A stretch of 64,000 nt of DNA from the NCBI RefSeq assembly GCF_009914755.1, contig NC_060942.1; one strand, 5' to 3'. Positions 1 through 20,693 of the stretch are shown in pieces. Source of the DNA: the human T2T-CHM13v2.0 reference genome, Homo sapiens. Under the pieces are notes generated by a model. The model did not search any database and was not told the origin of the DNA. It saw nothing but the letters and a program-made list of their open reading frames with translations. Numbering within the stretch: the first letter of the stretch is position 1; every line of letters begins with the position of its first letter. A program made the position numbers and the translations under genes.

Positions 1-996
<996 letters not shown>

Positions 997-1042
997 CCCA
1001 CCCCACCTTTATGTAGATTTTTAAACTAACTCAATAATGCTA

Positions 1043-1381
<339 letters not shown>

Positions 1382-2429
1382 TTATTTCTACTATCTTTTT
1401 TTGGTTACTCATGAAAACAGTCTACTTTTAAAAAGCATGGGCTAAAAAAAGAGGGGGCTAGAAACTATCTGGAACAGTAAAGTATGTCGATGTTTTAGCT
1501 TTTCTTTTTTCTGAAAATATGTGTGATGTGTTTAGATGAGAACCAGAAAAAGGCTTTTCACTGTGTCTGTACTGTTATTCTTTTCATTCCATGGGGTGTT
1601 ACTTTAGCACTTAACTAGAGAAGATGTACACACAGTTATAGAAAGAGCTCGGGGCTCCTCATAGCCCATCAGATTCCACCATTTGATTTACACTGAGTGA
1701 AATGGATTATAAACATTTATAAAAGTCACCAGAGCAAAGGAATAAAGTGTCCTGAGGAGCACCAGGAAAGGAATCAACATTTTAGACTAGAAATATGCTC
1801 ACCAAGTATCTGGGGAGTAAAATGCAAACCACAGTATGTGCAGTTTGGAAATATTGTATTTGTTTTACATATCAGCCTTTACACAGGTCTTCCAAACTTG
1901 CAGACCTGGGCTTTAGTTGATTTCCACTCATGCAGGCCTTACTCATCATCATTTCAAATGTTGCCATCACTATATATTACCATCTTCCACTGTGGCTTAT
2001 ATATCATGCTGCCTGGATCAGGGATGTTGTAGAAGTGAGTTTGCTCCTCCAGTGGATTTCAGGCCAACTTTTCCTATGTCATGTCTAAAGCCAAAAAAAA
2101 AGAAAGAATGTTATAAAATGGGTAACACTTCCCTATACTGATGCTGCAGTATGGTGGTTATATACGTGAAAGAAAAAAAACTGCAACAAAACAAAACAAA
2201 ACAAATGAAAACCTGTTTTGTTCCTAGTGGGATAATGCCCCTGTGCTTTGTCAGCCAGCCATGGCATAACTGCCAATGTGCTGTCAGTCACATCTGCAGG
2301 GAGAAAGAGCATGCCTGTGTTTATTTGCATGACTTGGTTATTTTTTAAGTCTCCCCAGGTTATTGTAACATGTTGGAAAGGCTGAGAATTGCTAACTCTC
2401 ATTATTGTGGAGTAAATTTTAATAGCCCT

Positions 2430-2810
2430 TAGGCTTGACAAATCATGTTTCTAGCTGATAATAGGAGAGATATTATTATCCCCAACTTACAGATGTCGAA
2501 GGCAAGGCTCAAATTATTTAAAGGCCTATTAGGGCTTAAGATTAATCACTGCTTAAGTACCAAATGAAATAAATGCCTTTGAGGAGAGCACACTTCCTTA
2601 ACTTTTCCTTCATCTTAAATAAAGGACCCTGGAATCAGATATGCCTAGAATAGGGAAGGACTTCAGCTGTAATGAGGAAACTGGGAATCAGAGAGCCAGA
2701 GCTTATCTTGCCCATCTTTATGTTCCCTGCACTCTCTCATCCCATGAGCTCAATAAATATTTGATAAACTAAATGAAATGAGGTGACCAAGGTCACACAG
2801 CCCCCACACC
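2430..2810 (-). mobile_element. MIR and L2 fragments
   Basis: MIR core-like ATTATCCCCAACTTACAGATG, GAGGAAACTG and CCAAGGTCACACAGC; L2 3'-end-like CTCAATAAATATTTG. Confidence 0.6.
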
Positions 2811-3057
2811 TAGCTTCCAGCCTCCAATGGCGCTATACCTGCTCCATACCTGCTCCCCCTACAGAGGTTATCTGTCCCTGTGTAGCTGTGGAGACCACAC
2901 CTCCTACCTTGTGTGGGTGAGTCAAGGTTTCAAATGGTCTGTCTCTTTCTTCCCAAAGTACACTTGTTTTGCTTTTCCAGCATGTGCAATGATTTTTTTA
3001 TTCTAAAACTATGGTAGCTGTCCACGACAGAAATACCCGTCACTAAGTCAGGGTCTA

Positions 3058-3429
<372 letters not shown>

Positions 3430-4299
3430 GAAAAGCAAGTTCATAAATGCTCTTGGTTTTGTGCAGGAATTGTTTACTCATTCACACAGGGGCCTGTCTC
3501 TGTACCAGTTACAAAGAGCCATGACCGGGAATATCTCTGAGGTTTTCTCTTGCACCGTCAACTTTCTGGTTTCTTATGAGTTGTGCTCCTCCTCAGGTTT
3601 CACATGTTATTCTGTTTCTCCAGCCCTGTCTGTGGACAATGTTATCTCTCATTCACACTTTTGGGCCCTTAGGCACTGTGCAACCTCAACCACTGCCTCC
3701 TCCCATAACTGCCACTGCATTCATCCCCAACCCGGTCCACCTAGTTCACCTCCGAAGGTGGTGGGAGTGAAGCTGGCCTGGGGTTTTCACTGTGGTAGAC
3801 TGTGGGGGTCTCTGCAATTTGGGCCACAGGGAGAGTGAGGGGTGGGGCAGACGGAGACCAAAGATGAGGAGAGAGATGGAAATTGTTTCCTGAGCTGTGA
3901 GGAGCTGCCTGGACTTTGGGAATGTAAGGAGAGCTAGAATATTCTGTTGCTGTTGTCCTTGAGTGCAGCGCCCTGGGTCGGGGAGCCATGGGGAGGGAGG
4001 TAATAGGTCTGGATGACATGCCACCATCAACTAGAGAAGAGCCAGCCTATCAAGGAACCCAAAAGAAAGTGGATTAGCAGGCTGTGCTGACAGACCAGTC
4101 TTGAAGAGAGGGAGGTCTCTCAACACTGAGATGGCATTCACGGACGGTGCGTGTCCCGTCACTCACCCTCCAACGCAAACTCCCAGAAGACGACCACTGC
4201 CTTGGTGCTGGGCACATGAGCTCAGAATGTATGGGGGTGTATGTGGCATGGAGTGCAGACACTCTGTTGTATAGACTCGGAGACAAAAATAATCACGGT

Positions 4300-4412
4300 G
4301 TGGACTGCATTAGGAGTAGGGAGTCAGGCTTTCTTGGGTTCTAATCCTGGCCATGTGACCTCGAGCTAGCTCCTAAATTTCTCCAGGCCTCAGCGTCCTT
4401 CTCTGTAAAATA
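4300..4412 (+). mobile_element. MIR fragment
   Basis: GGGTTCTAATCCTGG...TGTGACCTCG...GGCCTCAGCGTCCTTCTCTGTAAAAT resembles the MIR core. Confidence 0.65.
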
Positions 4413-4424
4413 CTGCCTACTGTA

Positions 4425-4735
<311 letters not shown>

Positions 4736-4844
4736 CTGCCTACTGTAGAGGGTGATTGCTGCTGCTATGATTTTATACAAAAATATATTAAATTCCCCAG
4801 GTATAGATTTTTGTATTTGGTACTAAGATAAACAAAAGAGATTT

Positions 4845-4930
4845 ACCAAAAAAATCACATTCTGTGCATGTAACAAATACTCACATGTACCCCATAAATA
4901 AGTAAAATATTATATATCAATTAAAAAAAG
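4845..4930 (+). mobile_element. L1MA-type 3' end fragment
   Basis: CATGTAACAAATACTCACATGTACCCCATAAAT...TATATCAATTAAAAAAA is a typical L1MA 3' terminus. Confidence 0.65.
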
Positions 4931-4965
4931 ACAAAGTACGTGTTCTTCCACTGTGCATTTTGTTA

Positions 4966-5341
<376 letters not shown>

Positions 5342-6910
5342 TTTTCTGAATTGTCAATATAAAGAATACTGTATTCAGTATAATTTACTAATTGTTATAT
5401 TTCTACTGAATTCTCATTTTTAGAAAATTAATAATTTTAATATGTTATCTAATGTCTTTCTGCTTATCTAAGTGTTTAATTAACCAGAAAGTCAAATTTT
5501 GGAGCTGTGCTGAAGCATTCATAGTTGCACATGTGATATTATGTCCTAAATAAGTAAAAAATTGAGTGGGAGCAAGAAATGGTATCAGACCAGGGATTCT
5601 GGTCATCTCCCTGGAAGACTTACTGTGTGCTGTGGCTTTGTGACTGACGGGTTGTGTGTATGTATGTGTGTGTTGCTTAAGCTACAATTCAGGAGATACT
5701 AATAAAATCCATTCAAAATGAACTTACAGCTACTAAATTTTAGAAGTAAGAGCTAAAACCCATAAATCTCAGGCACAATGGAGACTAATAAAATTTTGTA
5801 ATATATTTTATTTTACTACTTCAAAACACCCTTTACTAACATGAGCTAATTAATCCTAAAATGACTCCTACATGAAGTTTACTATTATGATCTCTATTTC
5901 CTGCTGGGAGAATGGAAGATAGAGTGATTAAATGATATATTTAATTAGGATTCAGGAATTTTTTATATTAGTCCACAATTTTAACTAATAATCAGAAAAT
6001 TATTTCGGTTTAAAAAAAGTTGTTGAATAACCTTTTTGACCATTATTTATCTCAGAATGGCCTGATCATAAAAAGAATTCTAGCGTTTTCTTGTCTTAAT
6101 AAAAAACTGTTGTCATGGAAATATTTCAGATCCCTCCATCCTCCAATTGGCTGAATCTGAACAGTACATAAACAAGCAGATTAACTGAGGCTCAGTGAAG
6201 TCTTTTACGGTGGAAGTAACGTCTGGAACCAGCTGTATTACAAGCCTTTCCAAAGTCCATCTCCCAGGACAGGGAAGAGAGAATAAAAGAACTCTGTTGG
6301 AGGCTCAGCTGTACTCTCTAACAATGGCTTCTTATCCCAACTGACTAAGTTCTCTCACTCTATCTAAATCAAATACACTAAATCAATTACTGCTTCTTGT
6401 GCAGAAGTCTTATCTATTTTGATTGGCAAATAAAAATGAAGTTGTTTACTAGGAAAGCTGTGGTATGACAATATTTTCCAGGCAGTTTGGGCCTGGGGTT
6501 TGCATTTAATTTAATCAAGTGAATTTGTGAACTGATAGTGCCATTCATTTCAGTCAGGTTGGGGGACCTGACCAATGCATGATTTTATATTCACAACAAA
6601 AATATTCTCCTTCCTTCCCTCAATACAGGAACTCTGCATCAAATCGCTTTCCGTGAATTTGTTTCCATGCAGTGGTGTGGAAGAGCAATTATAAAATTAA
6701 TTCAGAGCAGGAATGTTTTATATCCTGAATGAAGAAGAAAGGGGAGATTGGAGGTGCTACCTTAATGTGTGCCTGGATCCATCATTCCTGAACATGCTGC
6801 TGTTTTATTTCATTCTGATGTGGTGTTTCTCCCAGCTCCTAAGCTCCTTTTGGCATATATCTTTTTGCAGAACTGGAAAAAATTTGAAATGAGAAAAAAT
6901 GAGTTGTGGC

Positions 6911-7055
6911 TGTTTTTTGTTTTGGGTTTTGTTTTGGTAGAAATGGGGTTTTAGCATATTTCCCAAGCTGGTCTGGAGCTCCTGAGCTCAAGGGAGCCGC
7001 TGGCCTCAGCCTCCCAAAGTGCTGGGATTACAGGCATGAGCCGCCACACCCAGCC
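6911..7055 (-). mobile_element. Alu left monomer (FLAM-like)
   Basis: Antisense left arm ending CCCAAAGTGCTGGGATTACAGGCATGAGCC. Confidence 0.85.
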
Positions 7056-7284
7056 TAAGAAATGGGTTTTGTTTTGAGATTTCCACAACCACACTAGAAG
7101 TGGCTGACATCCTGGGAGTGAGTGTGGAAACTTCAAGACTGGCTTTTGAGACCCTGAGTCTAGGGCGTGTATCGGGTGCTTCTTATGTTTTCGTGCTCAC
7201 TTGTGTGGGAAGACAAGATATGAGACAAAAAGACACACATAGCTGCAGGCACACACGTACATGTGTATACATATTGCTGGTTTA

Positions 7285-7531
<247 letters not shown>

Positions 7532-8936
7532 TTGTTTTTTTGTTTGTTTGTTTTTGTGTGTTTTTTCTTAAAAAAAGAAGAAAGCAGCCTGGAGTAACAT
7601 AGGAAAAGGATTATATTAATTCTTCAAGAGAGAGACAAGGACAGTTTGTCTAAACTTGGAGCACTTATAACGAATATGATAAATCATTCATATAATTTCC
7701 TTTATAATGCTGGAGTTGAAGAACTAGAACAAATTGCTCATCTTATGAGGCCAGGCTGGTGGTGAATCAAGCCAGTATTCTGCCAGCAGCATGAAGGGGG
7801 TATGTCATGGGACGTCATAATTACCCTCATGCTAAAACCTCAAAAGGTTAAAGGGCCCTGAGTGAAATCCCCAACACCTTGTGGCTCTTAATGAGTGTTT
7901 ACTGTAATGATAAATGATAAAAGCTCTCTCTAAATCTGTTGCTCACTGACTTAACTAAACTTTTCCTGATTTATTTTTATGCTGAGGCTTTTATCTGGGA
8001 CTAAGTTTCATAAGCTTGCAGTCCATGGTGTAAAGTATAAAATGACTTATTTTAAGCTTCAAAGGATGTTCTCAAATTTGGGCATTCCAGAATTTAATGA
8101 ACAGACAGCCTGTCCCTCATGTGTGTTTATGATTGGATAGGCTTGCTTTATTTTAACCTGATAAACCCGGAGACTCATCATTTTCAAGGGTTAGTCTCAT
8201 GTGAAAACACATCTATATCAAGCTTTTACACAATGCAGTTATTACATTTTGGGGAATGTGGTTGTATGTGCATTACTAAGTATATCCTAAAGTCTACTGA
8301 GTATTTGGAATTTATAGATACAGTCAGCCTTCAGAAATATCATCTAATTTATTCACATATCCACTTTGTGAGGCAGGAAAGGGTAGGCTTATGTGAGTAT
8401 CCTCATTTTCCTTACTGAAGTGGGAAATTCATCCTGGAGGAAGGATCTACATGAGAGAGACATTCATTGCCTCCAAGTGAGTATCTTTGAGTCGTAGAAG
8501 AGTTATTTGCCTTGAGGGGCCTTATATTGACTGAGAAAGGGGGGTGGGGGGATGAGGCATGCTGACTTGAAGCAAGACAAAGACAAAAAGCTCATTTACT
8601 TTCGTGATCTTCAGGCCTGTTTTGCTGCCGAGAGAGTACATCAGAATACTGTTTGGAAGCCCCCTTAATAAATGCAAACTGGATCAGAATTTCAGAATGA
8701 CATTTGCACACATCAGTTGCCAACATAATATTCACTTATTGCATGATTATTTAATTGGTGACTCCTATGTACAAGGCAGAAGCTTTAAGCCGGGGCAGCA
8801 GTGGGAAACTTAATGTCCACAGTCCCTGCCTCCTGGAGCTTACACACTGGTGTTCCAGGGCAAAACAAAAACTAGTATATATATGCAGCTTAATCTCTAC
8901 ACAAAGAGGTTCTTCTTTAACAACTGCCAGTTTGCC

Positions 8937-9349
8937 CCTGTAATCCCAGCAATTTGGGAAGCCAAGCCAGGAGGATCACTAAGGCCAGCAGTTTGAGACC
9001 AGCCTGGGCAACATAGTGAGACCCCTGCCTCTACAAAATACTTATATTTTTTAAATTAGCCAAGTATGTTGGCTCATGCCTGTTGTCCCGGCTACTCAGG
9101 AGATTGAGGTAGGAGGATTGCTTGAATCCAGGAGTTTGAGAGCAGCTTTGTCAACATAGTGAGACTCTAGCTCTACAAAAAATTTAAAAAATTAGCCAGG
9201 CATGGTGGTGCACACTTGTAGTCTCAGGTGGGAGGATCGCTTGAGCCCAGGAGGTTGAGGCTGCAGTGAACTGAGATCATGCCACTACACTCAAGCCTGG
9301 GTGACATAGTGAGATCCTGTCTCATAAAAGGACAGAAAAAAAAAAAAAA
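8937..9349 (+). mobile_element. Three-monomer AluJ-type element (left arm, chimeric arm, right arm)
   Basis: Three consecutive Alu monomers separated by two A-rich linkers. Confidence 0.85.
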
Positions 9350-9849
9350 CCCTGCCCCTCTGTGGTCTGATCTAAGGCCAACCCATTCCCTTAACAATCT
9401 CAATTGGGAGATCCTGGGAGAAAAGAGGAGGTGGGGCCAGCAGGGCATGTGTTTATACCATGTGGCTAAATGCTGCCTCTCCCACGCTCTCTCCTCGAAC
9501 TCTACTCTTCATTTTTCTACTGGCAAACAAGACCAAGGACATCTCAAGTAACTCCTTGAGTCCATTAGAGCAGGCCAGAAGAGCTCAGAATCCAGGATTC
9601 CACGAGCACATGATCATGGAGGGTGGGTGGGGATGCTATATCTGTGTTTCCTCTTTTGAGAAACTAAAGGAATTGTGATAAGAGGTGAAGAACTAGGACA
9701 GTGTCAATAGAGCAAGGGAGAAGGGTACAAAGAGAAGATAAAAATCACAGGAATTTTTGTGGGGGATAAGGAAGGAGAAGTATCTAGAAGGATTCCTTGC
9801 TTTCCATGCAACTATAAAATAATGGAACTGATTCATAAGGAAACAGGTT

Positions 9850-10495
9850 TTGAGTACGGAAAATGCTTGATTTATTCTGACTTTGTTTGCATTCACATGG
9901 AAATGTCTAGTGAATGTAGATATATGAGTCTGGAGCTTCTAAGAAAACTTGGGCTGGAGATTACAAATTGGAGATCTCATACTTCTTGCTTCTCCCTACC
10001 GAACTTCTGTGATACCAGCCATTTATGGTTTTTTTTCTATCTCACTGGCCACTGCTTTTCATTTTCTTTCATGAATGCATCTTCTAACACCTTCATTTAC
10101 ATATTCTTCAGGCACCAAAACCCTTCAAACCCCTCTATCCAAAAGTAAACCAAATCATCCTCCACACCACTCCCAGGCTACTGCTACTAGCCATCTACTG
10201 CTTCCGTGCTCCCTGTCTCAAGAATGACATAATTATCTGCTTAGCCAGCAGATCCAGAAAACTGGAAAGGGTCCTCATTCTTCCTTCTCTCTTGTCTCCA
10301 ACTAGCTCTTTACTCTTGAGAGGCTACCACTCAGATTACCTTTCAGATATTTCCTCCTCTTTCTGGATCTTTTATAGCAATCTTAGTTCAAAGTCCTTAC
10401 CTGGGTCACTGCATCAGTCTATTGCTTTCACTGTCTTCAGCGGTGATCTTTCTAAAATGCAAACAGAATCTTATCACACTGACATTGCCTTCTTA
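9850..10495. mobile_element. L2 fragments in both orientations
   Basis: GAGTCTGGAGCTTC...GGGCTGGAGATTACAAATTGGAG (antisense L2), followed by pyrimidine-rich sense L2 such as GTGATCTTTCTAAAATGCAAA. Confidence 0.6.
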
Positions 10496-10499
10496 GGTA

Positions 10500-10865
10500 G
10501 GTCATTTCCATGTGGTGGTAAAGATGACCACCAGTAACACTAGACTTGCAAACTATGTCATCATCTTTGGAACCTCAGTGGAAAAACCAAGCCATTTAAA
10601 GCGTATTCCAGTAAAAAGTCCAGCGTATGACTCTTACTGACCCACTTGGGTCATGTGCCCATTCCTGAACCCATCACTGTGGCTGGGGGTCTGGAGCTCT
10701 GATTGGCCATCCTTGGGTCCAGTACCTTTCTTCAGGGAATGGAGCCAGCCCCATCCAAATCAAATGGATGGAGAGAGAGGAAGGGTTGACTACCTCTAAA
10801 TAAAGAGCAATCTGGCTATAGAAGGAATAATGAATGAAGGGTGGGCCCAAATCACAGATGTTTCA
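10500..10865. mobile_element. MLT1-family MaLR LTR fragment
   Basis: TTGGGTCATGTGCCCATTCCTGAACCCATCACTGTGGC...CTCTGATTGGCC is characteristic of old MLT1 LTRs. Confidence 0.65.
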
Positions 10866-10999
10866 AAAATCTTTTATTTCACTTTTAAGAAAACCATTTC
10901 CTACATGTCTACCCTAATAGAGTCACATATGGCTCCTAAATTAGGCTTCTCACTCAGACTCTGTGTCTCTGATTATACTACTTGTTCTGTCTGGAGTTC

Positions 11000-12930
<1,931 letters not shown>

Positions 12931-13071
12931 TGAGTCTCCAAGAAGTACTTTACAGTGTCAAACAAACTTTAATGATAAAATTAAAGAAAGTAAATGAATT
13001 TTCAATGTGCTGCAGTTTTAATATAGGGTAATTAATGCTATAAAATAACAGACAATTTCTGATTAAAAACA

Positions 13072-13224
13072 TTTTTTTAGAAAGAAGTGTTCTAGCCTGG
13101 AGTGCAGTGGCTATTCACAGGCTAAATCATAGCACTCTACAGCCTGGAACTCCTGGGCTCAAGCGACCCTTCTACTTCAGCCTCCCAACTAGCTGGGACT
13201 ACAGGTGCACACCACCACACTTGG
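13072..13224 (-). mobile_element. FAM (fossil Alu monomer)
   Basis: Contains 7SL/FAM-specific GAGTGCAGTGGCTATTCACAGG, which dimeric Alus lack. Confidence 0.8.
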
Positions 13225-13306
13225 ACAAGATATCTGAGTTTTTAAAAAGTATGTGAGTGTGCATGATTATGAGAAAGTTCTGCTATCAAAAAGCATAGGA
13301 GTTTTG

Positions 13307-13689
<383 letters not shown>

Positions 13690-13928
13690 TTAGCTAGCAG
13701 GGCTTCCTGGAATGATCTATGAAAAGGTAACAAGGCCATTTCCCCAGGCTCAGTTTCAACCGTGGGAGACAGAAGATGTCTCTAGCCATGATCCAAAGAT
13801 GTCTGGTTTTAGGATAAAGGGAAAGAGAGGAGGAGGTATTATATTTGTAACAATTTATAACAGTAGTTGGTCTTAGAAGTCTTCATGCTGAAACAGGCAG
13901 GGAGAATGTATTATTATAGAAGCCTTCA

Positions 13929-14063
<135 letters not shown>

Positions 14064-15199
14064 TTAAAAAAAAGAAGAAGTTTTCATACTGAAACAGGTG
14101 GGACCCTCCAGAAAAATCAGACTTTCTTAGCCATCACAGCCTTTCGGTGCCCAGAAATTTGCTTTCATTTGGATGCTTTTGCCCATCTTCGAAAATTCTA
14201 AGATTGAGCAGGTGGCCTGGGTGGACAAGGCCAATGGAAGCATCTCTGCCTCTCCCAAAATGCTTCTAAGGCCATTTCTCTCCTTCCAATAAGCAATACT
14301 CGCTGCTTCCTGGCAGATCTTCATTACAGCTGGCCCCAGGGAATTCCAGAGGCAACCATGCTCGGGGAAGCAAAGGCTGAGCTCTCTGGGCATGAAACAA
14401 CACTGAAAGCTTTTTGTCCTAGTACAGGCGTGAGTCCTGATGTTTTTATTGCACCTTCACAGTTCAGAATTCACTTTCTAAAACTCCTGCTTTGTTTCCT
14501 GAGGATGGACTTCAGATTCCCTTAAAAATCTAGTAGGTACACTGGAAAACCCAAAAGAAATTATAATGCAGCCCCTAAATTAATTCAATATATTGCTATG
14601 AGTCATTGGATATGAAGGATTAAGAAACGTTGACAGCTTTTCTATCTGATACCCTGAGATAAGGAGGCTCATGGTGCCTAATATCTTACATATTTTATGT
14701 AGAAATGTGATGTCTGGACAAATGCAATAATCTCTTCCTATTGTCTCATTCTCAGAGGTCTCATCCTGGACTGGGCATCTGTTGCCCTTGTGTGTTCAGT
14801 GCCCTCATTTTATCTGGAGACCTTTTCTTTCCTCATGCTATATGGTCCCTGTGGGGCTGTCAGCTACTCTTCCCTGTTCTCTTCTCCCCCATGCACAGGG
14901 GTGGGACAGTGACCCAGTCTACACCTTCCTTGTTTGGTAGAATAGTTTGGGAGGAACCAGTTCTTCCCAGCACCCCCAGCTTTATTAAGGTGTAATTGAC
15001 AAAAACTAGGTTTTGTTTATGTTTTTTTTTTTCAGGGAGGGGGTGTAGCTTGGGATGCAAGCAGTCTCCTTATTTACTACATGGAAAGAACCAGACTGCA
15101 GAATGAAGCCAAGCAGAAACACACAGAGCTGAGAGATAGAGCCCTGATGATATCAGCTGTACTTCTAGACTCAGCCATGCTTTTCCACTTGTATACAAA

Positions 15200-15630
15200 T
15201 GGTAGCCCAGGATAAACATGGTTCTGCACTTTGCTTTTTAAAAATTATTATTTAACTTGATATACCCTCAAGATTACTCCACATCAGTGTAGAGGGAGCG
15301 TCCTCATGGAGTTACACAGCGCTTCACTGGCTGGCTATACCAATAATTGATTCAACTACTTCTTTATTGGTGGGCATTTAGGATTGTTTCCAGTCTTTTG
15401 ATATTTCAAATGCACATGTCACTTCATATTTTGCCAGTGCAGATAGTCTTAGACGTGGGATTGCTGGATTAATGAGGAAATACCAGTGTAATTTGCTAGA
15501 CACAGACAAATGTCTCCTCACAGGGGTTGCTTTGCATTCTCACCAGTGATATGTCTTGTTTCCCCCGTGAATTTGCCAACTAAGTATGTTGTCAAACCTT
15601 TGGCTTTTTTTAATCTCCTGTATTTTAATC
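15200..15630 (-). mobile_element. Old L1 (L1ME-like) 3' region
   Basis: TTGGTGGGCATTTAGGATTGTTTCCAGTCTTTTG...GGGATTGCTGGA is an antisense L1 3' signature. Confidence 0.65.
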
Positions 15631-16573
15631 CTGTTCTCTTAAGTTTTGCCCTTCTTGAAAAGGCAGAGAAGTGGCTCAGCTCCAGCCATAGTACCACCGT
15701 GATAAGATGGGAGCACTCCCCAGGAATATGTTCAAGAGACATCGGTGAACAGAATCTAGAGTCTATGGAGGAATAATCTCTGTTGGGATCAAATTTTGAC
15801 ATAGTCGGTGATACTGAAAGAATAGTTCATAGAACTAGAAGATTATTATTCCAAAAGGGGTAGGAGTGGAGGGCGGACAGTGAGCATGATGGGGGTTGCA
15901 TTGGGGGATGAGCGCTGGAAAAATTGTAAGGAAAAACATAGGATGTTTGTTTGCCACTATTAGCTGAAGGAGTTGGTTTTGTTATCTCAACTGCGAACTC
16001 ATAAATTGTGAAGGCGCTACTGATCATTAAAGAGAATTTCCACTATGTGAATCCCCTTTCTCTTTTCCAATATGCACCCCCACCCACCCCTGGCACACAC
16101 ACAGCAGAAAGCAAATTCAACATTGTTGGAGACATCTTTGGAATTGCTAGTTGAGTCATTTAATAACTTTTTCTGGGTCTTCCTGCTTTTAAACAAACCA
16201 TAAATGTAGAGAAAATCATCTAGAAGCATGCTTTGAAATTTCATTAGTGGAGTACTAAAAGAGTTCTAAAATGAGAAGACACATTGGTCACTTTTTAAAT
16301 TACGTAGAGATTTTTCAGACTACTAAAGACATTGTTATTTTAAAAATAAATAATCACTAAACTTGTCAACATTGTTTATTAAAGCCGATGTTTTAGAATG
16401 CCTACCCTAGAGTTGAAGGACATCATTTATTTTGCTTTTTGGAAAATAAAAATGCAAAGAAAGTAGAAAAAAACCCAAATCATTTCCCTTATCTTGCAAA
16501 AATTGAACTCAAATAATTGAGCATTTCTGTGGCATCTAGAAAAGTATAGACTAAAATTTGCCATCACACTTCT

Positions 16574-17058
16574 TGTAATTGGTTGAATAATGGCCTCCAA
16601 AGATATCCAGGTCTTCATCCTTGGAACCTGTGAATGTTATTATGTGGCAAAAGAGAGTTTGTATATGTAATTAAAGATCTTGAGGTGAGAGGGTATCCTA
16701 GATTATGTGGGTGGATTCCAAATATAATCACGTGTCCTTATTAGAGGGAGGCAGAAAGAGATTTGACTGTAGACAGAAGAAAGAAGGTGGTATCATGACC
16801 TCAGCAGAGAGAGGGCTCTGAAGATGGTACCAGCTTTAAGGTGCAGGGAGGGGCTGTTAGCCAGGGAATACAAGGAATCCAGCTCTAGAAGGCAAGGACA
16901 CTGATTCTCCCCTTCAGAGAGGGCCTTGTACCTTGGCCTGGTGACATTAATTTTGACCTTCTGGGCTCCGGATGTGCAAAAGAAAAAAATTCTGCTCTTT
17001 TATGCCACCAAATGTGTGGTAATATGTTATAGGGGCCAGCCATATGAACCAATTAATG
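16574..17058 (+). mobile_element. MLT1C/D-type MaLR solo LTR
   Basis: Starts TGTAATTGGTTGAATAATGGCCTCCAAAGATATCC...GGAACCTGTGAATGTTA; ends near GCCACCAAATGTGTGGTAATATGTTATAG. Confidence 0.8.
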
Positions 17059-17102
17059 CTTTTCCCAATTTCTAGGAAACAGGAACTTGATGTTTGATTT
17101 TA

Positions 17103-17537
<435 letters not shown>

Positions 17538-17712
17538 TTAATTGCATTAAATCTCAAATGCATCATTAGTAAAGAGCGGCAACTGAGTTTCCTCGGCTGG
17601 CATTGTGGTGGTCTAGCTATACTGAAGGGTCTCCCTGTTATAAGTCAACCTAATTTTTTAAATGTGTTGCTAGGCTTGCAGTTCATAAGGGAATTCATCC
17701 TTTAAGGTCCCA

Positions 17713-18120
17713 TATATTAGTCAGCTTTGGCTGTGATAATGATGTACAGCAAAAATCTCAAAATCTCAATGTCTACAACAGTAAGCATTTATTTCTAATT
17801 TGCATTGCATGTTGGCAGCTGTTAAGCTGGATAACCCTGCTCCAGGCTCCAGGTCAGGTTCAGGTCTGTTTCATGGTTCTTCTCATTGATACTTAAGGAG
17901 CAAAGCTCATCTAGGATGTGATGTTCTCATGGTGGAGGGCAGGAGCACAAAAGAGGTCCCAGAATCTTGCAAACCTCTTATGATGTCTGTTTTGAAGTGG
18001 CCACACTGCCATTTCTGCTAAGATTTCATTGGCCAAAGTAGGTGCAATAACACTGGGACAGGGACATTTACTGGGGGTGAGGAAGTAAATATTTGCCAAA
18101 TACTAATATGGTCTATCATA
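17713..18120 (-). mobile_element. MLT1 (H/I/J-like) MaLR LTR
   Basis: TATATTAGTCAGCTTTGGCTG...AAAATCTCAATG...AAGCATTTATT...ATTTCATTGGCCAAAG. Confidence 0.6.
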
Positions 18121-18129
18121 CTCCTCTAT

Positions 18130-19936
<1,807 letters not shown>

Positions 19937-19997
19937 TTAAGCTTCATGTTCAGATAGGGGATTAAGATACGAACTTTTGGTTTGTTACATTAGGCAT

Positions 19998-20372
19998 TGT
20001 TAAAAAAAAAAATTTCAGGCATATTAAATTTAACAGATTTTAATTGAGCAAAGAACAGTTTGAGAATCCAGCAACATTGCGCTTCCCTGCAATGAGAATA
20101 GGTTCAGAGACCCTGATGCTGCTGTGTGGCCAAAGACGGTTTATGGACAGAAAATGGGAAGTGACTTACAGAAAACAGAAGTTAGGTACAGAAATAGCTG
20201 AATTGGTTACTGCTCAGTGTTTGCCTTATTTGAACACAATTTGAAGAGTTGGCCTCTTTGGCCGAAAGTCAGTGATTGATACAAGAGTAAGTTACAGTCT
20301 GTTTACACATCTAGTTAGGTTATAGCTCATTATGTATGAAGAAACCTTTAGGCTGTTAAACTTAATTTAACA
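19998..20372 (-). mobile_element. ERV1-class solo LTR (MER57B-like)
   Basis: TG...CA termini flanked by 4-bp TSD GCAT (19994-19997, 20373-20376); reverse strand begins TGTTAAATTAAGTTT...GCCTAAAGG as in MER57. Confidence 0.8.
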
Positions 20373-20693
20373 GCATGCATGTAAAATGTCAAGTGTAACC
20401 GGTAAAAGAACAGAAATGCAGTGATTAACATCCCAACCCATCCCAAGTGAGGAAATAAATGCAGTAAGAAAACAAAGAACACTATCATTACTCAATCAGA
20501 CGACTAATTAAAAGGCACGAAAAAGTACGTAGTAAAAATGTGAAAACAAAGCCAGGTATTTTAGAAATGATGATTTTTAAAAGGTAAATTGCTATTAGTA
20601 ATAAACTAATAAACTATATTTTATTAATTTTAGAGCTCTAGAATAAATAGCACATAGTTATTCAAAAATGTATTTCTTTAAAAGCTTAGCTAT

